Shown one piece after another: positions 28,799 to 38,067 of a stretch of 64,000 bases of DNA (its first letter is position 1; the number at the start of each line of letters is the position of its first letter). This stretch comes from Candidatus Doudnabacteria bacterium (lineage in GTDB: Bacteria; Patescibacteriota; Doudnabacteria; UBA920): contig CAWINB010000004.1 in the NCBI GenBank assembly GCA_963837465.1, positions 394,853 to 458,852 of the forward strand, in the 5' to 3' direction. A program made the position numbers and the translations under genes. The notes below the pieces were generated by a model, which was given only the letters and a program-made list of their open reading frames with translations, had not been told where the DNA came from and made no database searches.

Positions 28799-30331
28799 TC
28801 AACTGCTTGTCGCTGCCGTTGTCGTAGATGTCTGCGGTATGGCGCCGGCCGGTTGCTGCGCCGGAGGCGCTACGTAAGGCGTAGGCGGCGGTTCCGTAGG
28901 CGCGTTTTGTCCCAGCACTACAATTACGTCAACTTTATTTTTATCCGGAGTCACGCCAGGCGGCGGCAAAGTTACGGCCGTGGCGTTAAGCTCGTTGCCG
29001 ATAAATTCCGCCGTGGCCGGCTTGGGATTGACCTGGTAATAAATAGTTTGCGGCAGCTTGTCCAAGCTGTAATTTAGTTGATAGACAGTCAGTCCGGCAT
29101 CGGTTAGATCCCTAAAAGCCGTATTGTAAGCTTGCGTATCTCCGGTGGAGCTGGCCAGCCAGACTGTCGCGTTTTCGTCTTTAAGCTTGGCTATGGCAAA
29201 ACTGTTCTTAAAAAAGTTTTGGATGTCGGCGTCGCTTTTGCCCGGGCAGGGAGTTAAAATATAAGCGCCGTCCGAAGCCAGGATTTCCGGACAAATTAAA
29301 TAGGTGTCGGGATCCAGGCTTAATGACAGGATGTTCATGTTGTTGTTTTTTGTCAGGTTGTAAAGCTGCAGCATTTCGGCCGGGCTGATGTTAGTATGGA
29401 AATGGTCGGCTACAATATTAAGCAGGTTATTGACCGTGGAAATCCCGCTGACCAGATTTTCCGACAAAACTTTTTGCTTAAAGGCGTCTATGATTTTTTG
29501 CTGGCGCTGGGAGCGGGCAAAGTCAGAGCCTTCCACGCCGGCGGCGTGGCGCGAGCGGGCAAAAATCAGGGCCCTGGCCCCGTCCATATGCTGCGGGCCG
29601 GCAATAAAAGTTTGCGGCGGCAGGTAGCCGTTGTCGGCGCCGTCGTCCGGATAGGCGTAATCGGTAAAAGTCCGGTCCACCGTAACGTCCACGCCGCCTA
29701 CGGAGTCTATGGCTTTTTCAAAGCCGGAAAAATCCAGAACCGCGAAATAGGGGATTTGCAGGCCGGTTAGGTTTTGTACCGCAGTGATGGCCGATTGCCC
29801 GGCCTCGTTCCAGTCGTAATTTTTTATGTAGCCGTCGGAAAAAGCTTCGTTAATTTTGCCCATGCCGCCGTCAGGCAGGGTTACCCAGTAATCGCGCGGT
29901 ATGGAAGTCAGCGTCACTTCGCCTATGTCCGGGCGGATTTGGGCCAAAATCATGGTGTCGGTCAGGTAGGGGCCGTCGTGACCCTCGCCGCCTATGCCCA
30001 AAATCAAAATATTAATCTGGCTGAGGTTTTCCCCCGATAAGGTCTGATTCCCCCCCATGCCCATAACCTGGGCGATCTTTTCCAGAAATGTGGTTTTTTG
30101 TCCGACAAAGATTTTTTGCGACAAATTATCGGCGCGAATAGCCGCGGCGCCTATAAGTATTATTACCGACGCTGTTAGCAGGGTTAAAAACCATTTTAAA
30201 ATTTTCCCGCCCCGGCCTTTGTTTTTGGCTTTGGGCAAATTTGTCGGCGCGACCGGCGCCGGCCGGTTAAAGGCCGGCGTTTTAGGCGCCGGGCTATTGA
30301 TTTTTGGATTTATGGAGTCTAAATTTTTCAT
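28799..30331 (-). CDS. LytR-CpsA-Psr (LCP) family protein
   Basis: An N-terminal TM segment is followed by the LCP core ILILGIGGEGHDGPYLTDTMILAQIRPD...TSIPRD. Confidence 0.8.
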   Translation of the reverse strand: MKNLDSINPKINSPAPKTPAFNRPAPVAPTNLPKAKNKGRGGKILKWFLTLLTASVIILIGAAAIRADNLSQKIFVGQKTTFLEKIAQVMGMGGNQTLSGENLSQINILILGIGGEGHDGPYLTDTMILAQIRPDIGEVTLTSIPRDYWVTLPDGGMGKINEAFSDGYIKNYDWNEAGQSAITAVQNLTGLQIPYFAVLDFSGFEKAIDSVGGVDVTVDRTFTDYAYPDDGADNGYLPPQTFIAGPQHMDGARALIFARSRHAAGVEGSDFARSQRQQKIIDAFKQKVLSENLVSGISTVNNLLNIVADHFHTNISPAEMLQLYNLTKNNNMNILSLSLDPDTYLICPEILASDGAYILTPCPGKSDADIQNFFKNSFAIAKLKDENATVWLASSTGDTQAYNTAFRDLTDAGLTVYQLNYSLDKLPQTIYYQVNPKPATAEFIGNELNATAVTLPPPGVTPDKNKVDVIVVLGQNAPTEPPPTPYVAPPAQQPAGAIPQTSTTTAATSS

Positions 30332-30481
30332 AACGCCTCTTAACTGCCTCTTGATTATAGTTCAAAATTCCTGAATCGTTAAGAGCCTTGCGTGAATTCT
30401 TTAAACAATGTTATATTTTAGCCACATGTAGTGTTGTTTTTTGGGTGATGCCAAGTTGCGGCGGCGGTTTACGCAAATTTT

Positions 30482-30558
30482 GGTCGTATAGCTCAGTTGG
30501 TTAGAGCGTTCCGTTCACATCGGAAAGGTCTCTGGTTCGAGTCCAGATACGACCACCA
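30482..30558 (+). tRNA. tRNA-Val (anticodon CAC), CCA encoded
   Basis: The cloverleaf has acceptor ggtcgta/tacgacc, a D-arm, anticodon stem ttccg/cggaa with loop ttCACat, T-arm tctgg ttcgagt ccaga, discriminator A, and CCA. Confidence 0.9.
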
Positions 30559-30698
30559 CTTTGAGCGCCTTAATTCAGACCGAGGTATTCAAAGTTTGTA
30601 GCAAAAGATAAAACACGGTTAATCCGTGTTTTTAGTTTCCCCACCTCCGTGTCGTTGCGAGGAGTGCAGCCGACGAAGCAATCTTTCCATTGTGGTGT

Positions 30699-30738
30699 CC
30701 ATCCCGGCCGAGTGCAACCGAGAGCCGGGATCCAGAAC
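30699..30738. repeat. short variant of repeat family 1 (catcccgg ccgagtgcaaccgagag ccgggatccagaac) between tRNA-Val and the recombinase gene
   Basis: It shares the terminal gtccatcccgg ... ccgggatccagaac with copy B but lacks the A/T arms. Confidence 0.5.
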
Positions 30739-30743
30739 CAAGA

Positions 30744-32126
30744 TTATTCCAACGTTAAAATTTTGTTTGTTAGTATAAGTTTGCTTTTCAAGCACCCCAG
30801 CAGTTCCCGCTTGTCTTGGATGCTGCCTTCCTTGAGAATATATTTTGCGTAATTTCGGGTGGTAATATTTTTGTGTTTAATTTTAGCCTCCGCAGTTAAA
30901 TCCAAAACCATGGATTGGAATTTACTGTAACGGTCCATCTCCTGGGTAATTTTGTCCTTAATGCCCAACTCGTCCAAGTCAATCCGGTCTATAATATTAA
31001 ACAGTTGGCTGATGAGCAGTTCTTCCCGAACGTAACCGCTCTTGCATTGGTAATCTTTGCTCTTGTTACAGCCGTAATAAACATAGCGGTTTATACTGCC
31101 GTCTTTAAGTTTTTTAAATTTTTCATCAGCACACACGCCCGAGCCGCATAGCCCGCAAGTGACCAGTTTTGTAAAAGCAAACTCCTTGCCGTAGGTTTTA
31201 GTGGAAGTACTGATTTCTTGATTAAGTTTTTCCTGCACCTTGGCAAAAAGTTCCTGGGTAATTATCGGCGTATGCTTGCCGGTGTACCATTTGCCGGACT
31301 TTCTTGGGTATTCGTAAGTGCCGTAGTAAAAGGAATTTCTTAGCATGAGGTAAATATTACTCAGCGATAAAATTTTTCCGGTTTTGGTCACAAATCTTAA
31401 ATCGTTTTTCAGCCAGTTGTGAATCTTGCGGCCACTCCAGCCATTGTCGGCCACTTTTTCAAACATTTGTTTTACGACTGGCGCTCTCATTGGGTCGGGA
31501 ATAACCGAGCAGGGCTTGTCCGTCCGTTTTTCGTTGAGGTACCCGGTCGGCGCAACTCCCGGCCAAAGACCCATCTCCACCCGAGTCCGCATTCCGCGCT
31601 TGATGTTTATGCTGCGGTTGTCATTTTCCAGCTTGGCTTGACTGCCCAAAATCATAAGCAAAAATTTTTCGTTAGGAGAGTCTGTAAAAGCTTGGCTGTA
31701 AGTCCTAATCTGAATCAACAGCTTTTGATCCATCAAATCTATGATGGAGCCGAGGTCTCCTGCGTTCCTACTTAACCTATCTGGTGCCCATGTTAAAATG
31801 CAGTTGAATTTACCCGAGCGAATGTCTGTAATTAGCTCGTTAAAAACCTCGCGCTGGCCCGAAGACTTGGCGCTGTGGCTTTCCCGTTTTACGTCAACTA
31901 CATGAAGCCCCTCCCGTTGGGCAATCTGCGCCATTTCTTTAATTTGGCTATCAATGCTTAAAATTTGTTTTTCCTCTTGCTCCGTGGACTTACGGGCATA
32001 GAGGCAATACTTTAGCGGTGGCGGGACCACAGCAGTAGAAGGGCTACCTACTGCCTGCCTTAAATTCCTCAAAAATCTTGCGTTTTCCATATGCGTTGTA
32101 GGGTTGGTTAATAATCTATACAACAC
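30744..32126 (-). CDS. large serine recombinase (resolvase/invertase N-terminal domain with recombinase and Zn-ribbon extension)
   Basis: The catalytic Ser region is YCLYARKSTEQEE..LSIDSQ, with VFNELITDIRSGKFNCILTWAPDRLSRN and C-terminal Cys-rich and coiled-coil regions. Confidence 0.85.
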   Translation of the reverse strand: MLYRLLTNPTTHMENARFLRNLRQAVGSPSTAVVPPPLKYCLYARKSTEQEEKQILSIDSQIKEMAQIAQREGLHVVDVKRESHSAKSSGQREVFNELITDIRSGKFNCILTWAPDRLSRNAGDLGSIIDLMDQKLLIQIRTYSQAFTDSPNEKFLLMILGSQAKLENDNRSINIKRGMRTRVEMGLWPGVAPTGYLNEKRTDKPCSVIPDPMRAPVVKQMFEKVADNGWSGRKIHNWLKNDLRFVTKTGKILSLSNIYLMLRNSFYYGTYEYPRKSGKWYTGKHTPIITQELFAKVQEKLNQEISTSTKTYGKEFAFTKLVTCGLCGSGVCADEKFKKLKDGSINRYVYYGCNKSKDYQCKSGYVREELLISQLFNIIDRIDLDELGIKDKITQEMDRYSKFQSMVLDLTAEAKIKHKNITTRNYAKYILKEGSIQDKRELLGCLKSKLILTNKILTLE

Positions 32127-32252
32127 ATTGATGACGCAGGCTGGGCAGTAAGTCCAGGCGACCAGAGTTGATAAGAAGTAGGTAACTTATTTTCTTTAAA
32201 TCTTAGAAAATGCTATTATTAAGGCATAATTAATGGTTTATTTATTCGCTAT

Positions 32253-33272
32253 ATGAAAAAATTATTATTTTTGTTTCCAATTGTAACGTTGTTGGCCGTC
32301 AGTTGTAATTCCGCCCCTCAGGCCAGCAATCCATCTGCCACACCAAGTATACAAACAACGCCGTCAACGACGAACACCACCCAAATTAATACCTCCAACT
32401 GGAAAACTTACACTAACACATCGGATAAGAGCACTTTGTACCCCAATGGTTATGCGATAAATTACCCTGCAGATGTTACCATTAAAATGCAGGAAAATTT
32501 TATAGCCGACCCTTATTTTTATTTTCCGAGCAGTTATTTCGGCGGGGCCAATATAACCCAGGCTACTTTTGCTATTAACGAAACCCCTTGCCACGCCGAA
32601 CTCCCGCCGTCCCAACAAGTAATTTTAGGAGGCAGCACTTATTCTAAGAGCAGTTGGGTAATAAATCAGAATATGGCCACACTTAGCTACTGGCAAAACT
32701 GTTTTACCATTTTAAATTTGACTTTGACCTCAAATGGCGGAGCGATAGCAAAATCAGTGGAAAATCAATTTGAGTTAATCACAGACCAAATGGTGGCCAC
32801 GCTACATGGTTTAAAATCAAATGGCCCTGACACATCAAAATGGTCCACGTTCAACAGTTCGCAGTTGGGTTTCCAAATTAAATATCCAACTGGCTGGACT
32901 TATGATGTTTTGACAGATAAGTCAGAGAATATCCCTGTCACGAGCGTCCATTTCTATCCACCAGGAAAAACTGCTGGCTATGAGTATCAAGGGGATATTA
33001 TTATCGACACCGTTGCCAATCCCAGACAGTTAGATTTAAAAACATTTTATAGTGATCCACAAAATAATCTGGTGGACGGTGGCACCTTAACCACCCTGAC
33101 AAATCTTTTTGGCTACCCTGAAATAAAATTTACGAACATTCCGGCCATGGTTCCCAGCGATCAGGTCTCCGTAAATTTAGGCAAAACCATAGTTGAGCTT
33201 GTAGATGTCGGTCAGCAACACAGCGATGACGGAATCACTAATGCTATGGCGAATTCTATAAACAAATACTAA
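32253..33272 (+). CDS. lipoprotein, hypothetical
   Basis: A lipobox is present (LLAVSC at MKKLLFLFPIVTLLAVSCNS). Confidence 0.4.
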   Translation: MKKLLFLFPIVTLLAVSCNSAPQASNPSATPSIQTTPSTTNTTQINTSNWKTYTNTSDKSTLYPNGYAINYPADVTIKMQENFIADPYFYFPSSYFGGANITQATFAINETPCHAELPPSQQVILGGSTYSKSSWVINQNMATLSYWQNCFTILNLTLTSNGGAIAKSVENQFELITDQMVATLHGLKSNGPDTSKWSTFNSSQLGFQIKYPTGWTYDVLTDKSENIPVTSVHFYPPGKTAGYEYQGDIIIDTVANPRQLDLKTFYSDPQNNLVDGGTLTTLTNLFGYPEIKFTNIPAMVPSDQVSVNLGKTIVELVDVGQQHSDDGITNAMANSINKY

Positions 33273-33345
33273 GCTGCATCTCGCCTATTTTTACGTCGGC
33301 TAGCTCTTACGGATTAGTTGTATTTTAATTATCTGGAACACACGT

Positions 33346-33640
33346 TTTGGAACACGAAACACACCCTTAAGGCGTGTTCCAAGTGTTCCAAAATCCGACA
33401 AAATGGGACATTGTCCTAATACCCCCTACACTGGCTTCTGGCCTGTAACATTCCAGATTCGGCCATAGCTATGGGCTTGAAAGGTAAAAATTTTACACTT
33501 TCTAATACCCCCTACAGCGTAACATTTGTAACATTCGGGACACTTTCTACTGACATTAAGGACTGTCCCAAACTGTCCCATTTTGTAAAAATTGGAACAC
33601 GGAACACAGGCTTAAGGCGTGTCCCAAGTGTTCCAAAATT
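33346..33640. repeat. complex repeat region: two roughly 45-bp direct repeats about 250 bp apart, each containing a hairpin (ggaacacg...cgtgttcc), enclosing inverted aaaatgggaca/tgtcccatttt and duplicated taataccccctaca
   Basis: DR1 at 33346-33390 and DR2 at 33596-33640 are about 90% identical. Confidence 0.6.
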
Positions 33641-33764
33641 AGGCAACTTCCCAAAATCCAGACCCGACCGAGAGGGCTGATTTTGGCGACTTTGCAAAAC
33701 TCTCAGAAACCCTTACAATACTCCAAGACGGCCGCTTCGCGAGCGGAGTACTCCACCAGGAATT

Positions 33765-34649
33765 ATGGGAAAAAAGTCATTAATAAATAAAATACGCCGC
33801 GAATTTCCGGACCTAAAATGGCAGCACGCCCAGCATATTGTCGAAGGTTGGGATCATTATGTTTTGAAGTTGGACGACAAATATATCTTTCGTTTTCCGC
33901 GCAAAGTAAATTATGCCAAAAGGTTGTATGGCGAAGTATTGCTTTTAAAATACCTGTCGGCGAAGAAGCTTCCTATTCCGGTACCGCGGTATGAATTCGT
34001 GGCAAAAGATAAAAGTTTCGCCGGATATTCAATTCTGGAGGGCGACCAGATGAGAAAGGTAATTTTTGACGAGCTGACTAATAGTGCCAAAATTACTATT
34101 GCCAAACAAATAGGCTCCTTTCTCTCAATTTTGCACACAACGCCATTATCCATCGGTAAAAAATTTGGAGCTCGGCAGGTTGATTCTCGCAAGCAGTACA
34201 AAGACTTGGTTAAAAATACTAAAAAATATATTAAGCCGCGTCTGTCTAAAAAAGATAATGCTTTAGTTGATGAATTTTTAAAAGACTTTGGCGAATATCA
34301 GGGTTACCCACATAAGTGCTTGACTCATAGTGATATTTATCGGGACCACCTAATTGTAGATAAGAGCAAAAAGAGGCTTTCCGGCATTATAGATTTTGCG
34401 GACAGAAGCATCGCGGATCCAGCTTGGGATTTTTCTGAACTATGGACATATGGTAAAAAGTTTGTGGAAGAAGTTTATAAGAATTACACTGGCCCGAAAG
34501 ATAAAGATTTTTTACATCGGTCCCAACTCTACTGTAAACGAGTCCCTCTATGGGTTATGATATCTCCTTTTTTGGGAACGAGAGGAACTTTCGCTCTTGG
34601 GCGTAAATTATTCAAAGAGATATATTTGGGAAACTTATTTGATGAATAA
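33765..34649 (+). CDS. aminoglycoside phosphotransferase (APH)/choline-kinase-like phosphotransferase family protein
   Basis: The catalytic loop is HSDIYRDHLIV and the DFG-like region is IIDFADRSIADPAWDF. Confidence 0.7.
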   Translation: MGKKSLINKIRREFPDLKWQHAQHIVEGWDHYVLKLDDKYIFRFPRKVNYAKRLYGEVLLLKYLSAKKLPIPVPRYEFVAKDKSFAGYSILEGDQMRKVIFDELTNSAKITIAKQIGSFLSILHTTPLSIGKKFGARQVDSRKQYKDLVKNTKKYIKPRLSKKDNALVDEFLKDFGEYQGYPHKCLTHSDIYRDHLIVDKSKKRLSGIIDFADRSIADPAWDFSELWTYGKKFVEEVYKNYTGPKDKDFLHRSQLYCKRVPLWVMISPFLGTRGTFALGRKLFKEIYLGNLFDE

Positions 34650-34726
34650 ACTATAGTTAAACCCATAGCTTGACCAAAGCCCAAATCCCGGTAGAATGAC
34701 AATATCAATCTAAATTAAATTATTTT

Positions 34727-35341
34727 ATGGAAACCCCGGAAAATCAAAACCAACCTGCCCCAGTCAATCCCGGCAATCCCAACGGCGCTTTACAGTCAGT
34801 TGGGGCTTTTATTTGGGATTTGGTCAAAATTTTAATCATTGCCCTTATTATAATTGTGCCGTTTAGGATGTTTGTGGCCGAGCCTTTTGTGGTTTCGGGT
34901 TCGTCCATGCTGCCCAATTTCCAAAACCATAATTATTTAATAGTAGACAGGCTGTCTTACATAACCGGCGCTCCAAAGCGCGGCGACGTTATTGTTTTGC
35001 TTTATCCCAAAGATACTTCGCAATTTTTTATTAAAAGGATTATCGGGCTGCCCGGCGACACGGTTGAGCTTGAAAACGGCTATGTGGTCATAAAAAACAG
35101 CCAATGGCCCCAGGGACAAAGGCTGGCAGAGCCTTATTTGCCCGACCAATCCGAAACTTTTGGCAGTCCGGATCCCGTGGTTTTGGGCAGCGGCGAATAT
35201 TTTGTTTTGGGTGATAACCGCACCGCCAGTTCAGATTCCCGCGTCTGGGGTATTTTGCCGCGCAACGATATTGTAGGCAGGGTCTGGGTCCGGATTTATC
35301 CCTTCAGCGACGCGGGGTTTATTAAAACTCCGACTTATTAA
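34727..35341 (+). CDS. lepB: signal peptidase I
   Basis: It has an N-terminal TM segment, catalytic Ser in GSSMLPNF, catalytic Lys in FIKRIIGLPGD, and the GDNRTASSDSR box. Confidence 0.85.
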   Translation: METPENQNQPAPVNPGNPNGALQSVGAFIWDLVKILIIALIIIVPFRMFVAEPFVVSGSSMLPNFQNHNYLIVDRLSYITGAPKRGDVIVLLYPKDTSQFFIKRIIGLPGDTVELENGYVVIKNSQWPQGQRLAEPYLPDQSETFGSPDPVVLGSGEYFVLGDNRTASSDSRVWGILPRNDIVGRVWVRIYPFSDAGFIKTPTY

Positions 35342-35485
35342 AATTTTAAATGCTAATTTCTAAACTCTAAACAAATTACAATATTTAAATTTTAAGTACC
35401 AAACCTGAAACACGAACACCCCAGTTTTAAATTTAATGTTTATGAGTTAGGATTTGTTTAGTATTTAGTTTTTAAAATTTAGAAT

Positions 35486-36799
35486 TTGATTTTTATTATG
35501 GGTCGACCAAAGAAAAACCAAACCGCGGCCGCGGGCTCCGCGCCGAAAAAAATCCACAGCCTGCCGGCTTTGGAAGATATTACCGCGGAGACAGACCCTT
35601 TATGGGCCGCGATTTTTAACAAACTGGCCAGGTTTTCCCGGGTTTACGGTTTTGAAAAAATTGAAACCCCGCTTTTGGAAGACAGCAGGCTGTACGAAAA
35701 TTTTTACCAAAGCGACCCAAAAGCCCTGGCCGCGGTTGTCCGCCTGGAGATGCCGGGCAGGCAGGCGGCGCTGCGGGCGGATTTACTGCCGGGCGCGCTC
35801 AGGCCTTACTACCAATATAAAATTTACGAAAAATCCACGCTTTCCAAATGGGCTTACTCCGGTTTTGCCGTAAAATCAGACCAAAAGACCGGGGACTTGC
35901 TCAGTGATTACCAGTTCGGCTTTGAAGTTTTCGGCTTGTTTGGCCACCTGACCGAAGCGCAGACCATAGGAGCGGTCTGGGAATTTTTGCGGAGCCTGGG
36001 ACTCAAAGATTCACTGCTGGAAATCAATCACATCGGGCAGGAGGAGTGCCAGGAAGCCTACAGCCGGACTCTGCAGGAGTATCTGTCCGCAAAAAAGTTT
36101 CAACTGTGCGATAATTGCAACGAGCAGCTTAAAGGCAGGATCTTAAACGTTTTCCGCTGCGATAATCTGGACTGCCAGGCTCTGCTTTCGGAAGCGCCCA
36201 CGGTTTTGGATTTTTTGGACGATGACAGCCGCAAGCATTTTACCAGTATTTTGGAAGCCTTGGATGAATTAAGGGTGCCTTACCAGCTGAATTCGCTTTA
36301 CGCCGGCCCAGCCGGGTACGGCAAAACCAATTTGGTTATCAAGTATAAAACCAAAGACGAGAATGTTGTGATAGGCGAAGGCGGCTACCACGACAGTTTA
36401 ATCCAGAGCCTCAGCGGCAAAAGCTATTGTTGTTTTGGTTTTTCCGGCAGCTTGTCCATGGTCCGCGAGCTTTTGGAATTAAATAAAATTACAGTATCCA
36501 GGGAGCATAAGAGCGATGTATTTTTGGTGCCGCTGGGCGAGCTGGCCGCCAAAAAAGCCCTGCGGCTGTTTAGGGATCTTACGGCTGAAAAAATTTCGGT
36601 GCACGACCATTTTGGCAACAGCGGCGTGAAAAATCAGCTTAAACAGGCGGAAACCCAGGGATCGCCCATAGCTTTGATAATGGGGCAAAAAGAGGCGGTG
36701 GATGAAATGGTAATCCTGCGCGACGTAAAAAGCGGCATGCAGGAAATTATTTCTTATGATAAAATAGTGGCGGAAGTGAAGAAAAGATTGGGGAGATAG
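35486..36799 (+). CDS. hisS: histidyl-tRNA synthetase-like protein (class II aaRS catalytic core with anticodon-binding domain; divergent motif 2; Cys-rich insertion)
   Basis: A motif-3-like GEGGYHDSL and a C-terminal anticodon-binding-domain pattern (VFLVPLGE...IALIMGQKEAVDEMVILRD) are present. Motif 2 is degenerate. An inserted CDNCNEQLKGRILNVFRCDNLDC is present. Confidence 0.6.
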   Translation: MIFIMGRPKKNQTAAAGSAPKKIHSLPALEDITAETDPLWAAIFNKLARFSRVYGFEKIETPLLEDSRLYENFYQSDPKALAAVVRLEMPGRQAALRADLLPGALRPYYQYKIYEKSTLSKWAYSGFAVKSDQKTGDLLSDYQFGFEVFGLFGHLTEAQTIGAVWEFLRSLGLKDSLLEINHIGQEECQEAYSRTLQEYLSAKKFQLCDNCNEQLKGRILNVFRCDNLDCQALLSEAPTVLDFLDDDSRKHFTSILEALDELRVPYQLNSLYAGPAGYGKTNLVIKYKTKDENVVIGEGGYHDSLIQSLSGKSYCCFGFSGSLSMVRELLELNKITVSREHKSDVFLVPLGELAAKKALRLFRDLTAEKISVHDHFGNSGVKNQLKQAETQGSPIALIMGQKEAVDEMVILRDVKSGMQEIISYDKIVAEVKKRLGR

Positions 36800-36802
36800 C
36801 TG

Positions 36803-37274
36803 GGGTAATGACAAAAATGAGCAAAAATAATAAAAATGACAAAAATGGCGGACAGAGATTTAAAACAAAGGACAAAGAAGTTTGGTATTGAAGTAATTAA
36901 GCTAGTTCAGCAAATTAATGAAAAAGGTCCGGTTGCGGCAAAAATAATCGCCAATGGGCAGCTAATAAGGTCGGGTACCGGAGTAGCCGCGAACTACAGA
37001 GCTGCGTGCAGATGTAAGTCCAGAAAAGATTTTATTTCAAAAATTGGTACGGTAATTGAAGAAGCGGACGAAACTCAGTTGTGGCTTGAGTTACTTATTG
37101 AATCAGGACTTATAAAAGCGGAATTAATTAAAGAGCTTTTACAGGAATCAGGAGAGATAACAGCGATCATGACTTCATCAAAAGATTCGGCAATTAGAAA
37201 TCAACAAGGCGCGAAAGAATAGAGCGGTCGTATTTTTGTCATTTTTTTAATTTTTATTATTTTTGTCATTACCC
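36803..37274 (+). mobile_element. mini-element: four-helix-bundle protein gene flanked by roughly 45-bp terminal inverted repeats (gggtaatgacaaaaat ... aaaaatgacaaaaatg)
   Basis: The left TIR (36803-36848) and the reverse complement of the right TIR (37231-37274) are near-identical. The element sits between hisS and the HIT gene. Confidence 0.7.
36836..37222 (+). CDS. four-helix-bundle protein (TIGR02436-like; '23S rRNA intervening-sequence protein' family)
   Basis: The helical pattern and the motifs LIRSGTGVAANYRAACRCKSRKDFISKI and EADETQLWLELL are characteristic. Confidence 0.7.
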   Translation: MTKMADRDLKQRTKKFGIEVIKLVQQINEKGPVAAKIIANGQLIRSGTGVAANYRAACRCKSRKDFISKIGTVIEEADETQLWLELLIESGLIKAELIKELLQESGEITAIMTSSKDSAIRNQQGAKE

Positions 37275-37281
37275 TATCCTT

Positions 37282-37617
37282 ATGGATGATTGCGTATTTT
37301 GTAACATAGTCAGCAAAACCATAGACTCCGAGTTATTTTTTGAAGACCCGGATTTAATAGTTATAAAGGATATTTTGCCCAAAGCGCCCGTGCATCTTTT
37401 GGTTATTCCCAAAAGGCATATTGTCAGCATCGGCGAAATGTCAGACGCTGATCAGACTTTGGCCGGCGATATGATTTTAACGGCCAAAAAAATGGCGGAA
37501 AAATTTAACGTGGCCGAAAGCGGCTATAAGCTGGTTTTTAACGTTGGCACCGATGGCGGCATGGTAGTGCCGCATTTGCATTTGCATTTGCTCGGCGGCA
37601 AGAAATTGCCGGAGTAG
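37282..37617 (+). CDS. HIT (histidine triad) family protein
   Basis: The N-terminus is CVFCNI and the triad is HLHLHLLGG. Confidence 0.85.
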   Translation: MDDCVFCNIVSKTIDSELFFEDPDLIVIKDILPKAPVHLLVIPKRHIVSIGEMSDADQTLAGDMILTAKKMAEKFNVAESGYKLVFNVGTDGGMVVPHLHLHLLGGKKLPE

Positions 37618-37622
37618 GGCGC

Positions 37623-37683
37623 TGGAATTATGAATTAGGAAGTATGAATTAGGGTCATAATTCCTAATTTATACTTCCTAATT
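37623..37683. repeat. palindromic repeat family 4, upstream copy (ggaattatgaattaggaagtat ... tcataattcctaatttatacttcctaat)
   Basis: The interleaved inverted repeats are related to the copy at 37996-38063. Confidence 0.6.
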
Positions 37684-37746
37684 TTTTTATGTTGCCAAAA
37701 TAAGACTATCCTGTTATAATTATTCCATCCTAAATCCGAAAGGAGA

Positions 37747-37995
37747 GTGAGTGTTTTGGTAGAAGTAAAGAAAAAAGACAACGAAAGTTTTGACAGCCTG
37801 CTTAGGCGTTTTAACCGCAAGATCCAGCAAAGCGGCGTGCTTATACGCGCCCGCAGAACCCGATTTTTTGACCCCCCCAAGTCCAGAAACCTGCAAAAAG
37901 TCGCCGCCCGCCGCCGCAGCCAGATAAAAGCGGAAAAAGAAGAGCTGAAAAAAATGGGCAAACCGGTTCCGGTAAGGCGTTTCGGGAGAAGATAA
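37747..37995 (+). CDS. rpsU: 30S ribosomal protein S21
   Basis: The sequence ...SFDSLLRRFNRKIQQSGVLIRARRTRFFDPPKSRN... is S21-like. Confidence 0.85.
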   Translation: MSVLVEVKKKDNESFDSLLRRFNRKIQQSGVLIRARRTRFFDPPKSRNLQKVAARRRSQIKAEKEELKKMGKPVPVRRFGRR

Positions 37996-38063
37996 TCGAA
38001 TTATGAAGCATGAATCAGGAATTTTGAATCGCCATTTCCTAATTCATAATTCCTGATTCCTAA
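37996..38063. repeat. palindromic repeat family 4, downstream copy (gaattatgaagcatgaatcaggaatt ... aattcataattcctgattcc)
   Basis: These inverted repeats flank rpsU on its other side. Confidence 0.6.
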
Positions 38064-38067
38064 TTCA

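Noticed and set aside
30560-30700. Search for a duplicated tRNA-Val 3' end (att site) downstream of the recombinase-linked module.
   Set aside because: I could not find a second copy of the tRNA 3' segment (ggttcgagtccagatacgacca) by eye within 30.6-35 kb. Serine recombinases need not target tRNAs, so the island boundaries remain undefined.
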